From Planctomycetota bacterium (GTDB taxonomy: Bacteria; Planctomycetota; Planctomycetia; Pirellulales; Lacipirellulaceae), in assembly GCA_039190745.1 (NCBI GenBank), contig JBCCXZ010000004.1, positions 55,698 through 119,697 on the forward strand: a DNA stretch of 64,000 bases, written 5' to 3'. Shown here piece by piece: positions 51,192-61,472 of the stretch. Position numbers and translations under genes: made by a program. The notes under the pieces were generated by a model. The model made no database searches, was not told the DNA's origin, and saw only the letters and a program-made list of their open reading frames with translations. Within the stretch, counting starts at the first letter, position 1. The number at the start of each line of letters is the position of its first letter.

Positions 51192-53132
51192 CTAAGTCTT
51201 CAGGCCCTCGTAGTCTTCCGCCGACGCGCCGTCGAGGCACGCCTCGATAATCTTCCGGCCAAGCGGGTCGAGGTCGTCGACTAAGAACTGCCGCACCTGA
51301 TCGTGGAAGAAGTTGGTCAGCATCTTGGCGCCTTCGTCGTACGCGGCGGGCCCGACCTCGGGTTGCTGCGAAACGTCCAGGAACCACGTGCCGATTGTCT
51401 GGCCCTCTACTTGCAGCGTCTCTTTGTGGTAACCCAAGAGAGGGCAGCGAGCCTGCTTGAGGTCGCCCGGGCGGAACTGCGCACCGCCACGCCGCGCCAG
51501 GTACTCCCGCGTCACCCACTGCGGCGCAAAACCCACCTGCCAGCAGCCCACGTGCTGGTTCGGGATCAGCACAAACCGCGTTTGGTCCGTCTGCATCACC
51601 TGGTCCAGCAGGATGTTCGCTTGGTCTACCTTCCGACCGGTCGCGAACGGCCAGAACGAGCCCACGCCCTCCGACTGCATGCCGCCCTGGTCAACGATCG
51701 ACGGGTTCCCGTGCCCGCGCGGAGCCACCAAACGCCACAGCCAAGCCAACGACGGCGGCAGGACGTGGAACAGGCCCATGATGCCGTAGGTCGGACGCTC
51801 AGACGTGCACGGCGGGCAACGCACCCCGAAGCTGCGCACATCGACCGTTACCGGTTCACTGATCACGTTGTCGACAAACTCCCGCGGCACCACGACCCGC
51901 GGGTTTGGGCACGGCTGGCCGGGCGCGTCTTCGGTGTGCTCCCAGATCAACGCCGTCGCGCCCGGGTGCGCGTCGATGTTCAAGAACAGCAAAGGCCCCG
52001 GCGGCGAGACCGTCACGCCCTCCAGGTGCGGATCAGTGCCGTAAGTGTGGATGTGATTCACGCGGACGAACCAGGCGTTCTCCGCGTCCATCAGCGTCAG
52101 CTTCCGCTCACCCGTCTCCAGGTGCTGGAGCGCGTGGTGGCACAACGCCATGTCGTCGGTCACCGGCCTCAGGTCGCAACCCCGCGGCAGCGTCAGCTTC
52201 CGCTTGTCGCCCGTCACCGTGTTCTCGCCCAACAGCAGCGTGCCGTCTGCCTCGCGGTGCATGTGTTCGAGCATCTCGCTTTTGCCGCCGCCCGACGCCC
52301 CCTCGTGCATGATCACCGTCGCGTTCTCGTACGGCGTTACCACCTCCACCGTCGAGCAGTGCGCCGTCGTCCATGGGTGCTCGTCACGCTCGCCCATGGT
52401 CAGCAGCATCCCGTACACGCCCTTCTTCGCCGACGGGCCCGGGTAAAGGTTGTAGGAGAACAACTCGTGCAGGTTCACGTCGTCCTCGAACCGGCGGTTG
52501 TGCACCACCACCTGCTTACCGTCGAAGTGCGTGTGCCGGAACGGAGGCGCGCAGTAGACCACCGCCCCGTGGAAGTAGTCCGCGCCAGCGGCCCGCACTT
52601 CTTCCAGCGGCACAATGCCTTGCAGCATCGACAGCCCCAGGGCGAAGAAACCCGCGTTCGCCGGGGCAATCGCCACCGCGTCCAGTGGCTGGTTGGGCAA
52701 ACCGGTACGGAAGAAGAAGCACGCCACTGGCTGCGTCTTCAGCCACTCCAGCGTCTCCTCGCGGATCTCGCCGAACGGCTTCCCGAAGCGTCCCTCGTAC
52801 GTCGGCTTGTCTGTGGCCGTGTGGTCGCCGACCACCATGCACTCCGGGTCGCGGCGTCGCATGTACGACTCAAGGTAGTTGGCCGCCACACCGTTCTTGA
52901 CCTGCATCACCTCGGCCTCGGCGACGAACCCTTTGCCGGGCACGTCGTACCCAACGGTGTAACGCCCGTCGGCCGACACCTCTCCCAAACCGAGCGATGC
53001 GTCCGGCGTGGCCAGCTGCACCAGCTCGTCCACGCTGCCCGCCATGTGCAGCCGCCCTTCGGCCTCTGCAGCTTCGAGAACCGACATCGCACTCCGGGAA
53101 AGGGTCAACTCCGGAAAGTCTTTCAGCGGCAT
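51192..53132 (-). CDS. DUF4914-like protein with PEP carboxykinase-like motifs
   Basis: YPGPSAKKG, AHCS, GASGGGKS, VTDD, NPR; family assignment from recall. Confidence 0.8.
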   Translation of the reverse strand: MPLKDFPELTLSRSAMSVLEAAEAEGRLHMAGSVDELVQLATPDASLGLGEVSADGRYTVGYDVPGKGFVAEAEVMQVKNGVAANYLESYMRRRDPECMVVGDHTATDKPTYEGRFGKPFGEIREETLEWLKTQPVACFFFRTGLPNQPLDAVAIAPANAGFFALGLSMLQGIVPLEEVRAAGADYFHGAVVYCAPPFRHTHFDGKQVVVHNRRFEDDVNLHELFSYNLYPGPSAKKGVYGMLLTMGERDEHPWTTAHCSTVEVVTPYENATVIMHEGASGGGKSEMLEHMHREADGTLLLGENTVTGDKRKLTLPRGCDLRPVTDDMALCHHALQHLETGERKLTLMDAENAWFVRVNHIHTYGTDPHLEGVTVSPPGPLLFLNIDAHPGATALIWEHTEDAPGQPCPNPRVVVPREFVDNVISEPVTVDVRSFGVRCPPCTSERPTYGIMGLFHVLPPSLAWLWRLVAPRGHGNPSIVDQGGMQSEGVGSFWPFATGRKVDQANILLDQVMQTDQTRFVLIPNQHVGCWQVGFAPQWVTREYLARRGGAQFRPGDLKQARCPLLGYHKETLQVEGQTIGTWFLDVSQQPEVGPAAYDEGAKMLTNFFHDQVRQFLVDDLDPLGRKIIEACLDGASAEDYEGLKT

Positions 53133-54039
53133 CGCACTTCGCTCGTACTAGGCGTGGAAAAGGGAGTCACAAGAAACAATCGGCACCATCTCATTGAAAG
53201 TGTACCAACTGGGTTTTTACTTTGAGAAGCCAAGCGCCCGCCGCGGGGCAGATTTGGTCCGACGGAGTTTTCTCAAGCAAACCTTCGTTTAATCGAACCG
53301 GAGACTCGCCGGAGCAGGCTCCGAAACATGGCTGTTGCAAGTCCAGCAACCTCGTTGGCAACCCTCGCTTTCGGGGTTCCTTGAGGACGCCTTCACGCCT
53401 CCCGTTCCGCTCACGGGCCATTCCAAGTTCGATCCCATCTAACAGCCGGAAGCTACGCCAGCCGGAAGCAACGCTGCGAGTGCGTCATCCACAAGAATCA
53501 CCCGGCTGAACAGCCATTGCTCGGACGGGGCTTCAGGACACCGTCAGTAAGCCCGTCAGCATTTGCGGCGAGTGTCTTGCCTTGCCTAAGGTCACTGGCC
53601 CTCAAGCTCGAACTCTCCCTCCGCAGAAACCTCCGCAGAAAAGCGTCCCCACCCGGCGTTTCTGGGGCTTAAACAGTCCCATTCCTTGGGGCCAAGGATT
53701 GACCCAGCGACCGGACGAAGGTACGTTGACGACCATCAGGAAGGGTAGGCGACGCGTTTGGCTTCGCCAGCGGAACGTAGTGGTGATGAGCTGATTGCTC
53801 CTCCCAAGCAATCCACTGGCTATTCTCTTTCGACGCGACCTAGACCCGGGCTACGCATAACTTGCCGACGCCCGCCTTCGCTAAAAAAAAGAGCCTCTGA
53901 TACCACTCACGGGCACTCTTTGCCCTGCCTGATGATCGTCGATCCGCGGGGACCGGCGTAGACGGGCCCGGTCGTACAGCACAGCGAACGGGCTTCGCTC
54001 ACGTTGAGTTAAATCCATACGTGCTAGGAGAGTTGCGTC

Positions 54040-54237
54040 GTGTCACAGGGAACGATTAAGAAGTTGACCGAAAAAGGTTTTGGGTTCATCCAAGGCGACC
54101 GTGGGGAATTGTTCTTCCACCACTCGGCGGTCGAGGGAGCCCATTTTGACGACCTCCGCGAAGGCCAGGCGGTGGAGTACACCGAAGGCCAAGGCGAGAA
54201 AGGCCCCCGCGCCGAGAATGTCAAGGTTCTCAGCTAG
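54040..54237 (+). CDS. Cold-shock protein
   Basis: KGFGFI (RNP1), LFFHHS (RNP2), KGPRAENV; AGGAG RBS with GTG start. Confidence 0.95.
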   Translation: MSQGTIKKLTEKGFGFIQGDRGELFFHHSAVEGAHFDDLREGQAVEYTEGQGEKGPRAENVKVLS

Positions 54238-54264
54238 GTTGGCCGCGTTCGGTTGCCAGTTGCG

Positions 54265-54303
54265 ACCGCCCCAGCTGCACCGTGCACGCTGGGCGGTTTC
54301 TTT
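54265..54303 (+). terminator. Rho-independent terminator after csp
   Basis: ACCGCCC(C)AGC...GCTGGGCGGT stem followed by TTCTTT. Confidence 0.65.
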
Positions 54304-54352
54304 GGCTTCGCTGACTCAACTTGCTTCACCAACTCTGAGCGAGGCTGCGCGC

Positions 54353-54505
54353 TTGGCGAAGAACCAGAACACCGTTGAGAAACGCCGGCGAGAGATCGAG
54401 AAAAAACGGAAAGCGGAAGAGAAACGCGAGCGTAGGCGCTTGAAGAAAACCGAGCCCACGCCGCAAATCGAGCCGCTCGCCGGTGAACCGGAACAGGCAG
54501 ACTGA
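54353..54505 (+). CDS. Small highly charged protein
   Basis: TTG start after GAGG; MAKNQNTVEKRRREIEKKRKAEEKRERR. Confidence 0.6.
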   Translation: MAKNQNTVEKRRREIEKKRKAEEKRERRRLKKTEPTPQIEPLAGEPEQAD

Positions 54506-54517
54506 GGCCACTGCGTT

Positions 54518-54775
54518 ATGAAACAAAGCAAGCACCGCTCCCCATTTCTAGACCAGGCACTTGTCGTCGACGCCCCTGAACAAAGAGTGCTGCGAACCTT
54601 CCGGCAATACCTAATGACCCCGGGCAAGATGCTCTGCTTCTCCGGGCCTGATCTTGCCAAGAAGAAAGCGGTGCTCGAGCAGATGTGCGAGCGGGAGCTG
54701 CTCTGGAGAGAAGAATTCGCTGGGGCTTACTCCCTCACCCCAACCGGCTTCTCGGCAATGAAGAGCCTCAAGTAG
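54518..54775 (+). CDS. Small hypothetical protein (possible winged-helix-like)
   Basis: GAGG RBS; FRQYLMTPGKMLCF...YSLTPTG. Confidence 0.6.
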   Translation: MKQSKHRSPFLDQALVVDAPEQRVLRTFRQYLMTPGKMLCFSGPDLAKKKAVLEQMCERELLWREEFAGAYSLTPTGFSAMKSLK

Positions 54776-54924
54776 CCGCCTCTCTGGGACGCCGCCTGCG
54801 TCCAACCACAGGCCGCGCTACCCACACGCACTAGGGCTACACCGATTAAGTTGCTGCCCCCCCGCATGAACCATGCGTGCCCGCAATAGCCGCGACGCTA
54901 CGCATCGCTGGACCACGCAACCTT

Positions 54925-55413
54925 CTACTCCTCCACTTCCTTCCTCCGGAACTCCGACACCCAAGGCGTGCCATCATTGGCATCTTCGTAGCGCATGGCG
55001 TCTTCCGTAACTTCGAAAGACGCGACTCCCCCTGAGGCCGTTCCTTCCCAACGACCGTCTTGGAGCTTCTTCCATTCGCCAGACCAAGTGTAGCCATCGC
55101 TGGTGAACCCACGGACGAGCATCGTTTTTTTCACCCCATCCCAGCCAGAGACGATGAAGTACCGCTCCTTGGCGCCGCCCCCGAGATCAAAAAAGCCTTC
55201 CTGGACTAACACCGTCTTGTGGTTGATCAAACGAACCGTCTCTTCCCCGGAGAACTTCCTGGCTCCTTCATGGCCCTCGAAGGTCCACGAGCCGACCATC
55301 TTCTCCAGGTGCTTCTGGAATGCCGGCGGGATCTTCGCCAGCTCCTGAGCACACGCTGCTGGCAAGGCAGAAAGCCAGAGCAATAGCACCATCGAACCAA
55401 CCACTCTTGCCAT
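54925..55413 (-). CDS. Secreted hypothetical protein (beta-rich)
   Basis: GGAG RBS before ATG 55413, signal peptide, MVGSWTFEG. Confidence 0.65.
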   Translation of the reverse strand: MARVVGSMVLLLWLSALPAACAQELAKIPPAFQKHLEKMVGSWTFEGHEGARKFSGEETVRLINHKTVLVQEGFFDLGGGAKERYFIVSGWDGVKKTMLVRGFTSDGYTWSGEWKKLQDGRWEGTASGGVASFEVTEDAMRYEDANDGTPWVSEFRRKEVEE

Positions 55414-55529
55414 TTTGATATCTCCGTGCAGAAGCATTGGAAAGAACCAGCAGCCAGCATAGCAGGATGACGCCTGGCGAGCCTCTTCCCGGAGAGCTAA
55501 CAACAGTCCCGCGAACGCTCTGTTGCAAT

Positions 55530-56522
55530 CTACAAAGCAGCAACCCGCTCTGCCAACGCCAGCCCGCTCAGGTACGCCCCCTCCACCCGGGGCCCCGCGC
55601 ACCAGTCGCCGCACACGCCGATGCCCAGCTCCGCGTCGAACAAGCACCGGTCACTCAGCGGCTCAGGCGGGATTGCGTAACGCCAGCGGTGGCTCGTCGC
55701 GTAAGTCGGCTCGACCGGTTCTAAGCCCGTCGCCTCCCAGAACAACGACGTCAGCCGAGGCAGCAGCTGCTCCGGCGTTAGTTCCATCTGCTCGTCCGAC
55801 CACTCCGGACCCGCGTGCACCACCCACGCCTCTGCCGCCCCTTCGCGCCCCGGCTTGCTGCTGTTCCGCGCGACCCAGCTCAGCCCGCTCTCATGGACAA
55901 ACGCCCCGTCGAACTCCAGCCCCAACGGCCGGCCAAACGACAGCATCGCCGCCAGACAGCCCTGCATCGGCACGCCTCGGATCTTCTCTCGGAGAGTCGG
56001 AGCCGCTGTGAGTAGGTCGGCCGCTTGCGGGGCCGGCGTCGAAACCATCGCTACGTCGTAAGCGCCCAGGTCGGCGCCGTCGTCGCTCGTGAGATTCTTC
56101 TGCGAACCTTCCAGCTCAATCGTTTCGACACGCGTCGAAAACCGTGTCTCCAGCCCAGCGGCAAGGTCCTTGCACAAGGCGTTCATCCCCGGCACGCCGA
56201 CGTACCGCGTCTGGTCGCGGTCCTTCGACTCAACCCGTCCGCGCGTTAGCGTGCACAGCCGCCCCAACCACGGGGCCGCCGCGCCCGCCTCGACCCAACG
56301 CCGCACCTCCGCTGCAAACCGTTCGTCCCGCGCCGTGAAGTACTGGGCTCCGTGGTCGAACCGCAGCCCCTCGGGCGCCCGCCGCGTCGCCATCCGCCCG
56401 CCGACCCCGCGGCTCTTCTCAAAGACGGTCACCGCCGCCCCGCTTTGGAAGAGACCCCGCGCACAGGTCAGCCCCGAGATACCCGCCCCGATCACCGCCA
56501 CCCGTCTCTTGCCGTCGCCCAT
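55530..56522 (-). CDS. NAD(P)/FAD-dependent oxidoreductase, renalase-like
   Basis: VIGAGISG, EKSRGVGGRMATRR, FDHGAQYF, HRWRYA, CGDW...VEGAYLSG. Confidence 0.9.
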   Translation of the reverse strand: MGDGKRRVAVIGAGISGLTCARGLFQSGAAVTVFEKSRGVGGRMATRRAPEGLRFDHGAQYFTARDERFAAEVRRWVEAGAAAPWLGRLCTLTRGRVESKDRDQTRYVGVPGMNALCKDLAAGLETRFSTRVETIELEGSQKNLTSDDGADLGAYDVAMVSTPAPQAADLLTAAPTLREKIRGVPMQGCLAAMLSFGRPLGLEFDGAFVHESGLSWVARNSSKPGREGAAEAWVVHAGPEWSDEQMELTPEQLLPRLTSLFWEATGLEPVEPTYATSHRWRYAIPPEPLSDRCLFDAELGIGVCGDWCAGPRVEGAYLSGLALAERVAAL

Positions 56523-57034
56523 AAATCGGCTTCCTCAAGCTTTCACAATGCCACGAAAACACGCCGTGTAAGCCGCTTAACCGAGAACCGCGCCGACCGC
56601 CCACCGAAGCAGAAACCTCGGAAAAACTTCCGAATTCGGTGGCTAATTATTCTTGTGGAAACTGGGCCACCGCTTGTGCTAACGTCGGGCACTCAAAGAA
56701 ACCAGCCACACCTAAACGCAGATCACAGATATGAGAATCATGGGCCCCTTTCTCGTGAGGCAAGAGCTCGATGCGTGCCCGGAGACAACCCTCCCACTCC
56801 GAACTCCCTCTCCCACTCCCCCGTCCAGTGTTCATCGGTGGCTACTTCCACGCCTTCCGTCACCGAAAACTCAACACGAAAGTACGTAAACTCGAATTGT
56901 TAAGTCCGCGCTTGGAGAGGCGTCGAACTATGGCTCGAGGGCGAACCCGACATCGACCCGGACAAAACAGCCGACTTTTGGCGTATCGCCGCGTGGTCCC
57001 GAATCCGTGCCTAAAGACAAAACAGAGGAAGCCT

Positions 57035-57382
<348 letters not shown>

Positions 57383-57403
57383 TTACCCCCAACAAGAGTG
57401 GAA

Positions 57404-57661
57404 TCAACCCGCGTCCGCCGCCCGGATCGCCTCGTCCGCGAGCAAGACCGGGACCCCGTCAAAGATCGGGTAGGCCAAGTCGCCGGACTCCCGGACCCGC
57501 ACGCCGTCGAGCGGCCGCTCGACCACTTCACCGCCGAGATTCTTCAACCGGCCCTCCGCCACCGCAGCATTGAGACTCACGACCAAGTCCTCGCCGCCAA
57601 CCGACAACGCCGAGCCGTCGTTCGGGCACTGCAACAGTTTCAAAGTCGACTCGTCAATCAT
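57404..57661 (-). CDS. Trm112-like protein
   Basis: LKLLQCP...YPIFDGVPVLLADEA. Confidence 0.8.
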   Translation of the reverse strand: MIDESTLKLLQCPNDGSALSVGGEDLVVSLNAAVAEGRLKNLGGEVVERPLDGVRVRESGDLAYPIFDGVPVLLADEAIRAADAG

Positions 57662-57836
57662 CAATCGCTCCGCAAGCGGCCGCGTTCGAACCCGCAAGTA
57701 AGGGAGTTTACTGCTCACTGCCTCCCACTGCTAGCAGCTGCCCTTCGGCCCGGGCCGCTACGCCTCACGCAACACGCACGACCGACCGATAAAAACGAAG
57801 AGCCCGCCCACCTCCCCGCCCGACGCACCCCGCCCC

Positions 57837-58469
57837 ATGCTCGCCATGCACTGCACAGGTCGATCGGCCGCTGCGCTCATCCTGCTCGGAGTCTTCCAGG
57901 CCGGCGCCGCAGCGCAGCAAACCACCTTCGAAGACGTCGGCGGCGTCCGCTACCAGGTCACCCGCCGGACCGTGCAGCAGCAGGTGCCCGCGACCGTGAT
58001 GCGCAATCAGCAGCAGACCTACTACGCACCACAGACCACTTCCCAAACGGTGCGGATGCAACAGCCGTACTACGTTCCCGTCACCGAGTACCGGTTAGTC
58101 TCCAAACGCCACGGCCGCTGGAACCCGTTCGTCCGCACATATTGGACGCACCAGATGGAACCGGTCACACGCTGGCAGCACACAGTCGCCAACGTCGAGG
58201 TCCCGGTAACGAGCACCGCCATGGTCGCGCAGACTCGCACCGTGCAGACGCCGGTGACCGAGATGCGTTCCGAGCAGCGGGAGATCGTCCAGCGTACGGC
58301 GATCGGACCCAGCCCCGCGCGGACCGCCGCACGGCCGCCGGCCTCGACGCGGGCGGCCTCGATCGCAGCAGCGACGACCCGCCCCTCCGGCGGGATCGCC
58401 CTCAAGAGCGACCCGCCGCGGCAGCCCTCGAGTTGGCAGAAATTCGACTCGCAGCAACGCTACCGCTAG
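57837..58469 (+). CDS. Secreted Thr/Val/Gln-rich hypothetical protein
   Basis: Signal peptide; repeated V-P-V-T beta-type motifs. Confidence 0.7.
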   Translation: MLAMHCTGRSAAALILLGVFQAGAAAQQTTFEDVGGVRYQVTRRTVQQQVPATVMRNQQQTYYAPQTTSQTVRMQQPYYVPVTEYRLVSKRHGRWNPFVRTYWTHQMEPVTRWQHTVANVEVPVTSTAMVAQTRTVQTPVTEMRSEQREIVQRTAIGPSPARTAARPPASTRAASIAAATTRPSGGIALKSDPPRQPSSWQKFDSQQRYR

Positions 58470-58483
58470 ATCAGGCCACGAAC

Positions 58484-58523
58484 AAAAAAAGAGGCACGCC
58501 GGTGCCTGGCGTGCCTCTTTTTT
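58484..58523. terminator. Bidirectional rho-independent terminator
   Basis: A7-GAGGCACGCC-loop-GGCGTGCCTC-T-run between convergent genes. Confidence 0.85.
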
Positions 58524-58567
58524 CAAATCTTCCCGCTGCGGGTGGCGAGCGTTTCTCTCGCTGGTTG

Positions 58568-58861
58568 CTACGTCATAGTTCTTCGTCTGGAACGCCGCCG
58601 CGTGGTGCTCGCTCCCCATTCCTTGGTTGCCGATTCGAACACCTCGGGGGTCTCGTACCGAGCTACCCCCTTGCCGTCCGGCATCGGGCCGATCAAACCT
58701 CGAAAAACGGGCATGCCCCTCAGGCCGAGGTCGGTGCTGCAGTCATCGATGCCGATCTGGGTGTGCATCTTGAGCACGGTATCTTCGTGCTCGTAGTCTT
58801 TGGAACGCACCTCGCCGTTCTTGCCGCGGGTGACGATCCGGTACGTCTTGGGGTTGGCCAT
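58568..58861 (-). CDS. Hypothetical protein
   Basis: GAGG RBS; coding-like (QIGIDDCSTDLGLRGMPVFRGLIGPM). Confidence 0.75.
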   Translation of the reverse strand: MANPKTYRIVTRGKNGEVRSKDYEHEDTVLKMHTQIGIDDCSTDLGLRGMPVFRGLIGPMPDGKGVARYETPEVFESATKEWGASTTRRRSRRRTMT

Positions 58862-59211
58862 GCGTTACGCCTCATTCACGTGCCTCGACGGGAGGGTCAG
58901 GATAGAAGCGGTATCGTCGCGGCCCTTAGAAACACGGCAAGAAAACGCCCCGGCGGCGTACACGGGGCACAGCGGTTGGAACCCTCACAAGCGACGCCTG
59001 CGAGGCGATCCGGCACAGGTCGAACGCCGCGGCGGGCGAGTCTGCGGGCGCGCCGGGTTCTGCCGCGGAAAGGGTGAGCCGGGCAGCGGTTTTGCCGGCG
59101 GTTGGGGAACCGGCGGGTCTGCGGCCGGGGCAAACTGTGCGGACAGACTGCGGCTCTGTGGGGTCGTGCTTGTCGGGCCCTGCGGGGGGAACTAAAATGC
59201 CCAGCCGACCG

Positions 59212-59294
59212 GGAGGGTACGCGAATTGGCTAGCAGCCTGACTCGAAATCAGGTGCCGGGTAACCGGTTGAGGGTTCGAGTCCCTTGCCCTCCG
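59212..59294 (+). tRNA. tRNA-Ser(CGA)
   Basis: GGAGGGT/GCCCTCC acceptor, CCTGA-CTCGAAA-TCAGG anticodon arm, long variable arm, GGTTCGAGTCC T-arm, G discriminator. Confidence 0.93.
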
Positions 59295-60506
59295 CTAATG
59301 TAAGTTCTTTGGCAACTTAGCATTAGCGGAATCACCGCTCTGCGTTGATGAGCCGCTCTCAACCCCAGGGTCACCTGCAGGGTCACCTTTTTGGTGCCAC
59401 ATGCGTTCCGCGAGGTCTTCCGCCTTCACCTGATGGTAGTAGGCCATCGTGGTCTCCGGTGACTGGTGACGCATCCACTCGGCGGCCTCTGCTTGGCTCA
59501 GCACACGCATGAGCCGCCTAGTAAATGGACGCCTTCCGATATCGTGGCTGGTGGCGTGCTTGCCGGTCTCGTGGTCGGTCACGACCCTTGCGGCCCTGCC
59601 GACGTCGCCAATGACACGGATCACCCGCTTGCCGCTCATCTGGGCACCTGACCTGTTCGGGAGCGAGAAGACAAAGCCCCTCCTGCTTTCGGGCGAAGTC
59701 TCGATAAGCCGCCAGAACTCGGGCGTAATCGGCTGGAACTGATCGTTCCGCCGCTTGTGGCCCTCGGCGTAGATCCGGACTAATGGGATCGGGTGCTGCG
59801 TGTCTACATAAAGGAGCCCCTCGGGGTCCCACGACAGCCGCAGCAACTCCGAAACGCGGAAGCCTGACTCCCAGAGTCCCCAGAGGAACCGCTGCCACCG
59901 AGCCGCGTCGTGCTTTCGCACCCTAGGCACTGCGGCCACGATCCGCTCGAATTCCTCGCCGGTGACCGGTCGGGACCTCATTTGCTTTGAACGCCCCTTG
60001 CCTCCTTTTGGCATCGTCACCCGTGGAGCTTCTGCAATCAGCTCAAGACGCTCTGCCCACCGAAGGGCGGCCCGCAACGGCCGCAGGTAGGACTTGATCG
60101 TGGTGGCAGGTAACCCTTCATTCCGAAGCCCTGCCTGGAAGCGACTGAGCATAGACGCATCCAGGTCCTTCAGGCGAATCAACTGAGGGCCGTGCAGCTT
60201 TTCCAGCCAGTTAGCTGCTGTTCGCCACTGCCCCTGATAGTCAGAGGATAGGCCGGCCAAGTGCTCGTCTTGGTAGCGCACGCGGAACCGATCCCACGGC
60301 ATCTCGCCGGCATCCAGTGTGCCGCTGGCCAACTGTGACTCCAGGTCGGCAGCAAACCGCTCGGCCTCACGTCGCCGGCGGGTGCCGGTCTGCCGCTCCC
60401 TGGTCTTCCCTGTTTCGGGATCGATCCAGCGCAATACAAGGAACGGTTTGTCCTTCCGGTTGACTACCTTCACTCGCCCTCGTTGATCTCGTCGCCTTCC
60501 TGCCAT
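59295..60506 (-). CDS. Tyrosine recombinase/integrase
   Basis: Arm-binding-like N-terminus (LRWIDPETGK), SGFRVSEL (R), SHDIGRR (H..R), MRHQSPETTMAYY (H, Y). Confidence 0.93.
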   Translation of the reverse strand: MAGRRRDQRGRVKVVNRKDKPFLVLRWIDPETGKTRERQTGTRRRREAERFAADLESQLASGTLDAGEMPWDRFRVRYQDEHLAGLSSDYQGQWRTAANWLEKLHGPQLIRLKDLDASMLSRFQAGLRNEGLPATTIKSYLRPLRAALRWAERLELIAEAPRVTMPKGGKGRSKQMRSRPVTGEEFERIVAAVPRVRKHDAARWQRFLWGLWESGFRVSELLRLSWDPEGLLYVDTQHPIPLVRIYAEGHKRRNDQFQPITPEFWRLIETSPESRRGFVFSLPNRSGAQMSGKRVIRVIGDVGRAARVVTDHETGKHATSHDIGRRPFTRRLMRVLSQAEAAEWMRHQSPETTMAYYHQVKAEDLAERMWHQKGDPAGDPGVESGSSTQSGDSANAKLPKNLH

Positions 60507-60706
60507 GTATCGGAGGTCCTTTCAATCCAGAGGATGAGTTCGTGGCCGCTCACCATGTACAGGTTGCCGATTTTCCGGAACTTCACGTCGTCTCGGATGA
60601 CCTGTTGAATAACCCACCGCTCGGTGCGGCCGATGATCCGAGCGATCGCTTTATGGGAGTAGCCTTTGCTTGCGTCGAAGATGCCGTCATGGTCGATAAC
60701 TGCCAT
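60470..60706 (-). CDS. Excisionase-like small DNA-binding protein
   Basis: YSHKAIARIIGRTERWV HTH-like segment plus KIGNLYMV wing; overlaps integrase start. Confidence 0.6.
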   Translation of the reverse strand: MAVIDHDGIFDASKGYSHKAIARIIGRTERWVIQQVIRDDVKFRKIGNLYMVSGHELILWIERTSDTWQEGDEINEGE

Positions 60707-60842
60707 TGGGGTGTCTCACTTTCCTTGTTGACAGCCCGGCACAGTGAGTGCATATTTCGTCTGTCCGGGCCAGTTGGCTCGTTTTGAGAATTGCCTCCCG
60801 TGAGCTGTTTGGCGATGGAACACGGGCGGCGGATTGAAATTC

Positions 60843-60877
60843 AACGAAGGGGTCGGCTGGTCCGGCCCTTTCGTTTG
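60843..60877. terminator. Terminator-like hairpin
   Basis: AACGAAGGGGTCGG/CCGGCCCTTTCGTT stem. Confidence 0.65.
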
Positions 60878-61292
60878 CGCTGGTCAGAATCGCGCACAGA
60901 TAGAGCTACCCGATAGGCTCCTCCTGCTGCCTCTTGCAGCCGCCTAACGCCCGCCCTGCGACGCTCCATTGAGCAAGTCGCGGGCCGCCCACCCCCATGC
61001 ACCGCCAGCAGCGGAGCATCCCTAGGGCTGGACCAGAGATCGGGCCACGCGTCGCGAGAACGCGACGCCGAAGAAGATTCAATCGCGACAGTCGAGCCCA
61101 GGAACGGGCGAGTCGCGCAGCAAATAGCAAGACAATGGCGTGTGTCGCCACGTTGACCTCCGTGCCTACAGCTAGGAGAGAGTGGCGAGCCTGGGTTTCT
61201 CGGTGTTGACGCACCGTACCAGCCACGCCGCCCTTATAATCCGCCGATTGTTCGTTTACCCGCAGTTCTGTCAACCATGCCTGGAGCCACCC

Positions 61293-61472
61293 ATGCACAC
61301 CAACCGGAAGCTGAAAGCTTTGATGCTCGCCGGAGGCGCTACTGCCCTCGCAGGTTTCGGGTTCTTTTGGCGCCATCAGACCCCCGGGATGGTGCTGGTG
61401 GGCGTAGGATTCGTCGTGTACACGATCGCCAGGTCCATCGAGTGGTGGGGAGAGGGGTCGGATGAGGATTAA
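61293..61472 (+). CDS. Small two-TM membrane protein
   Basis: GGAG RBS; two hydrophobic helices. Confidence 0.55.
   Translation: MHTNRKLKALMLAGGATALAGFGFFWRHQTPGMVLVGVGFVVYTIARSIEWWGEGSDED

Noticed and set aside
60906..61151. Minus-strand 81-aa ORF with GGAGG RBS
   Set aside because: No recognisable motif and poor coding-like composition; not listed as a feature, though it cannot be excluded.
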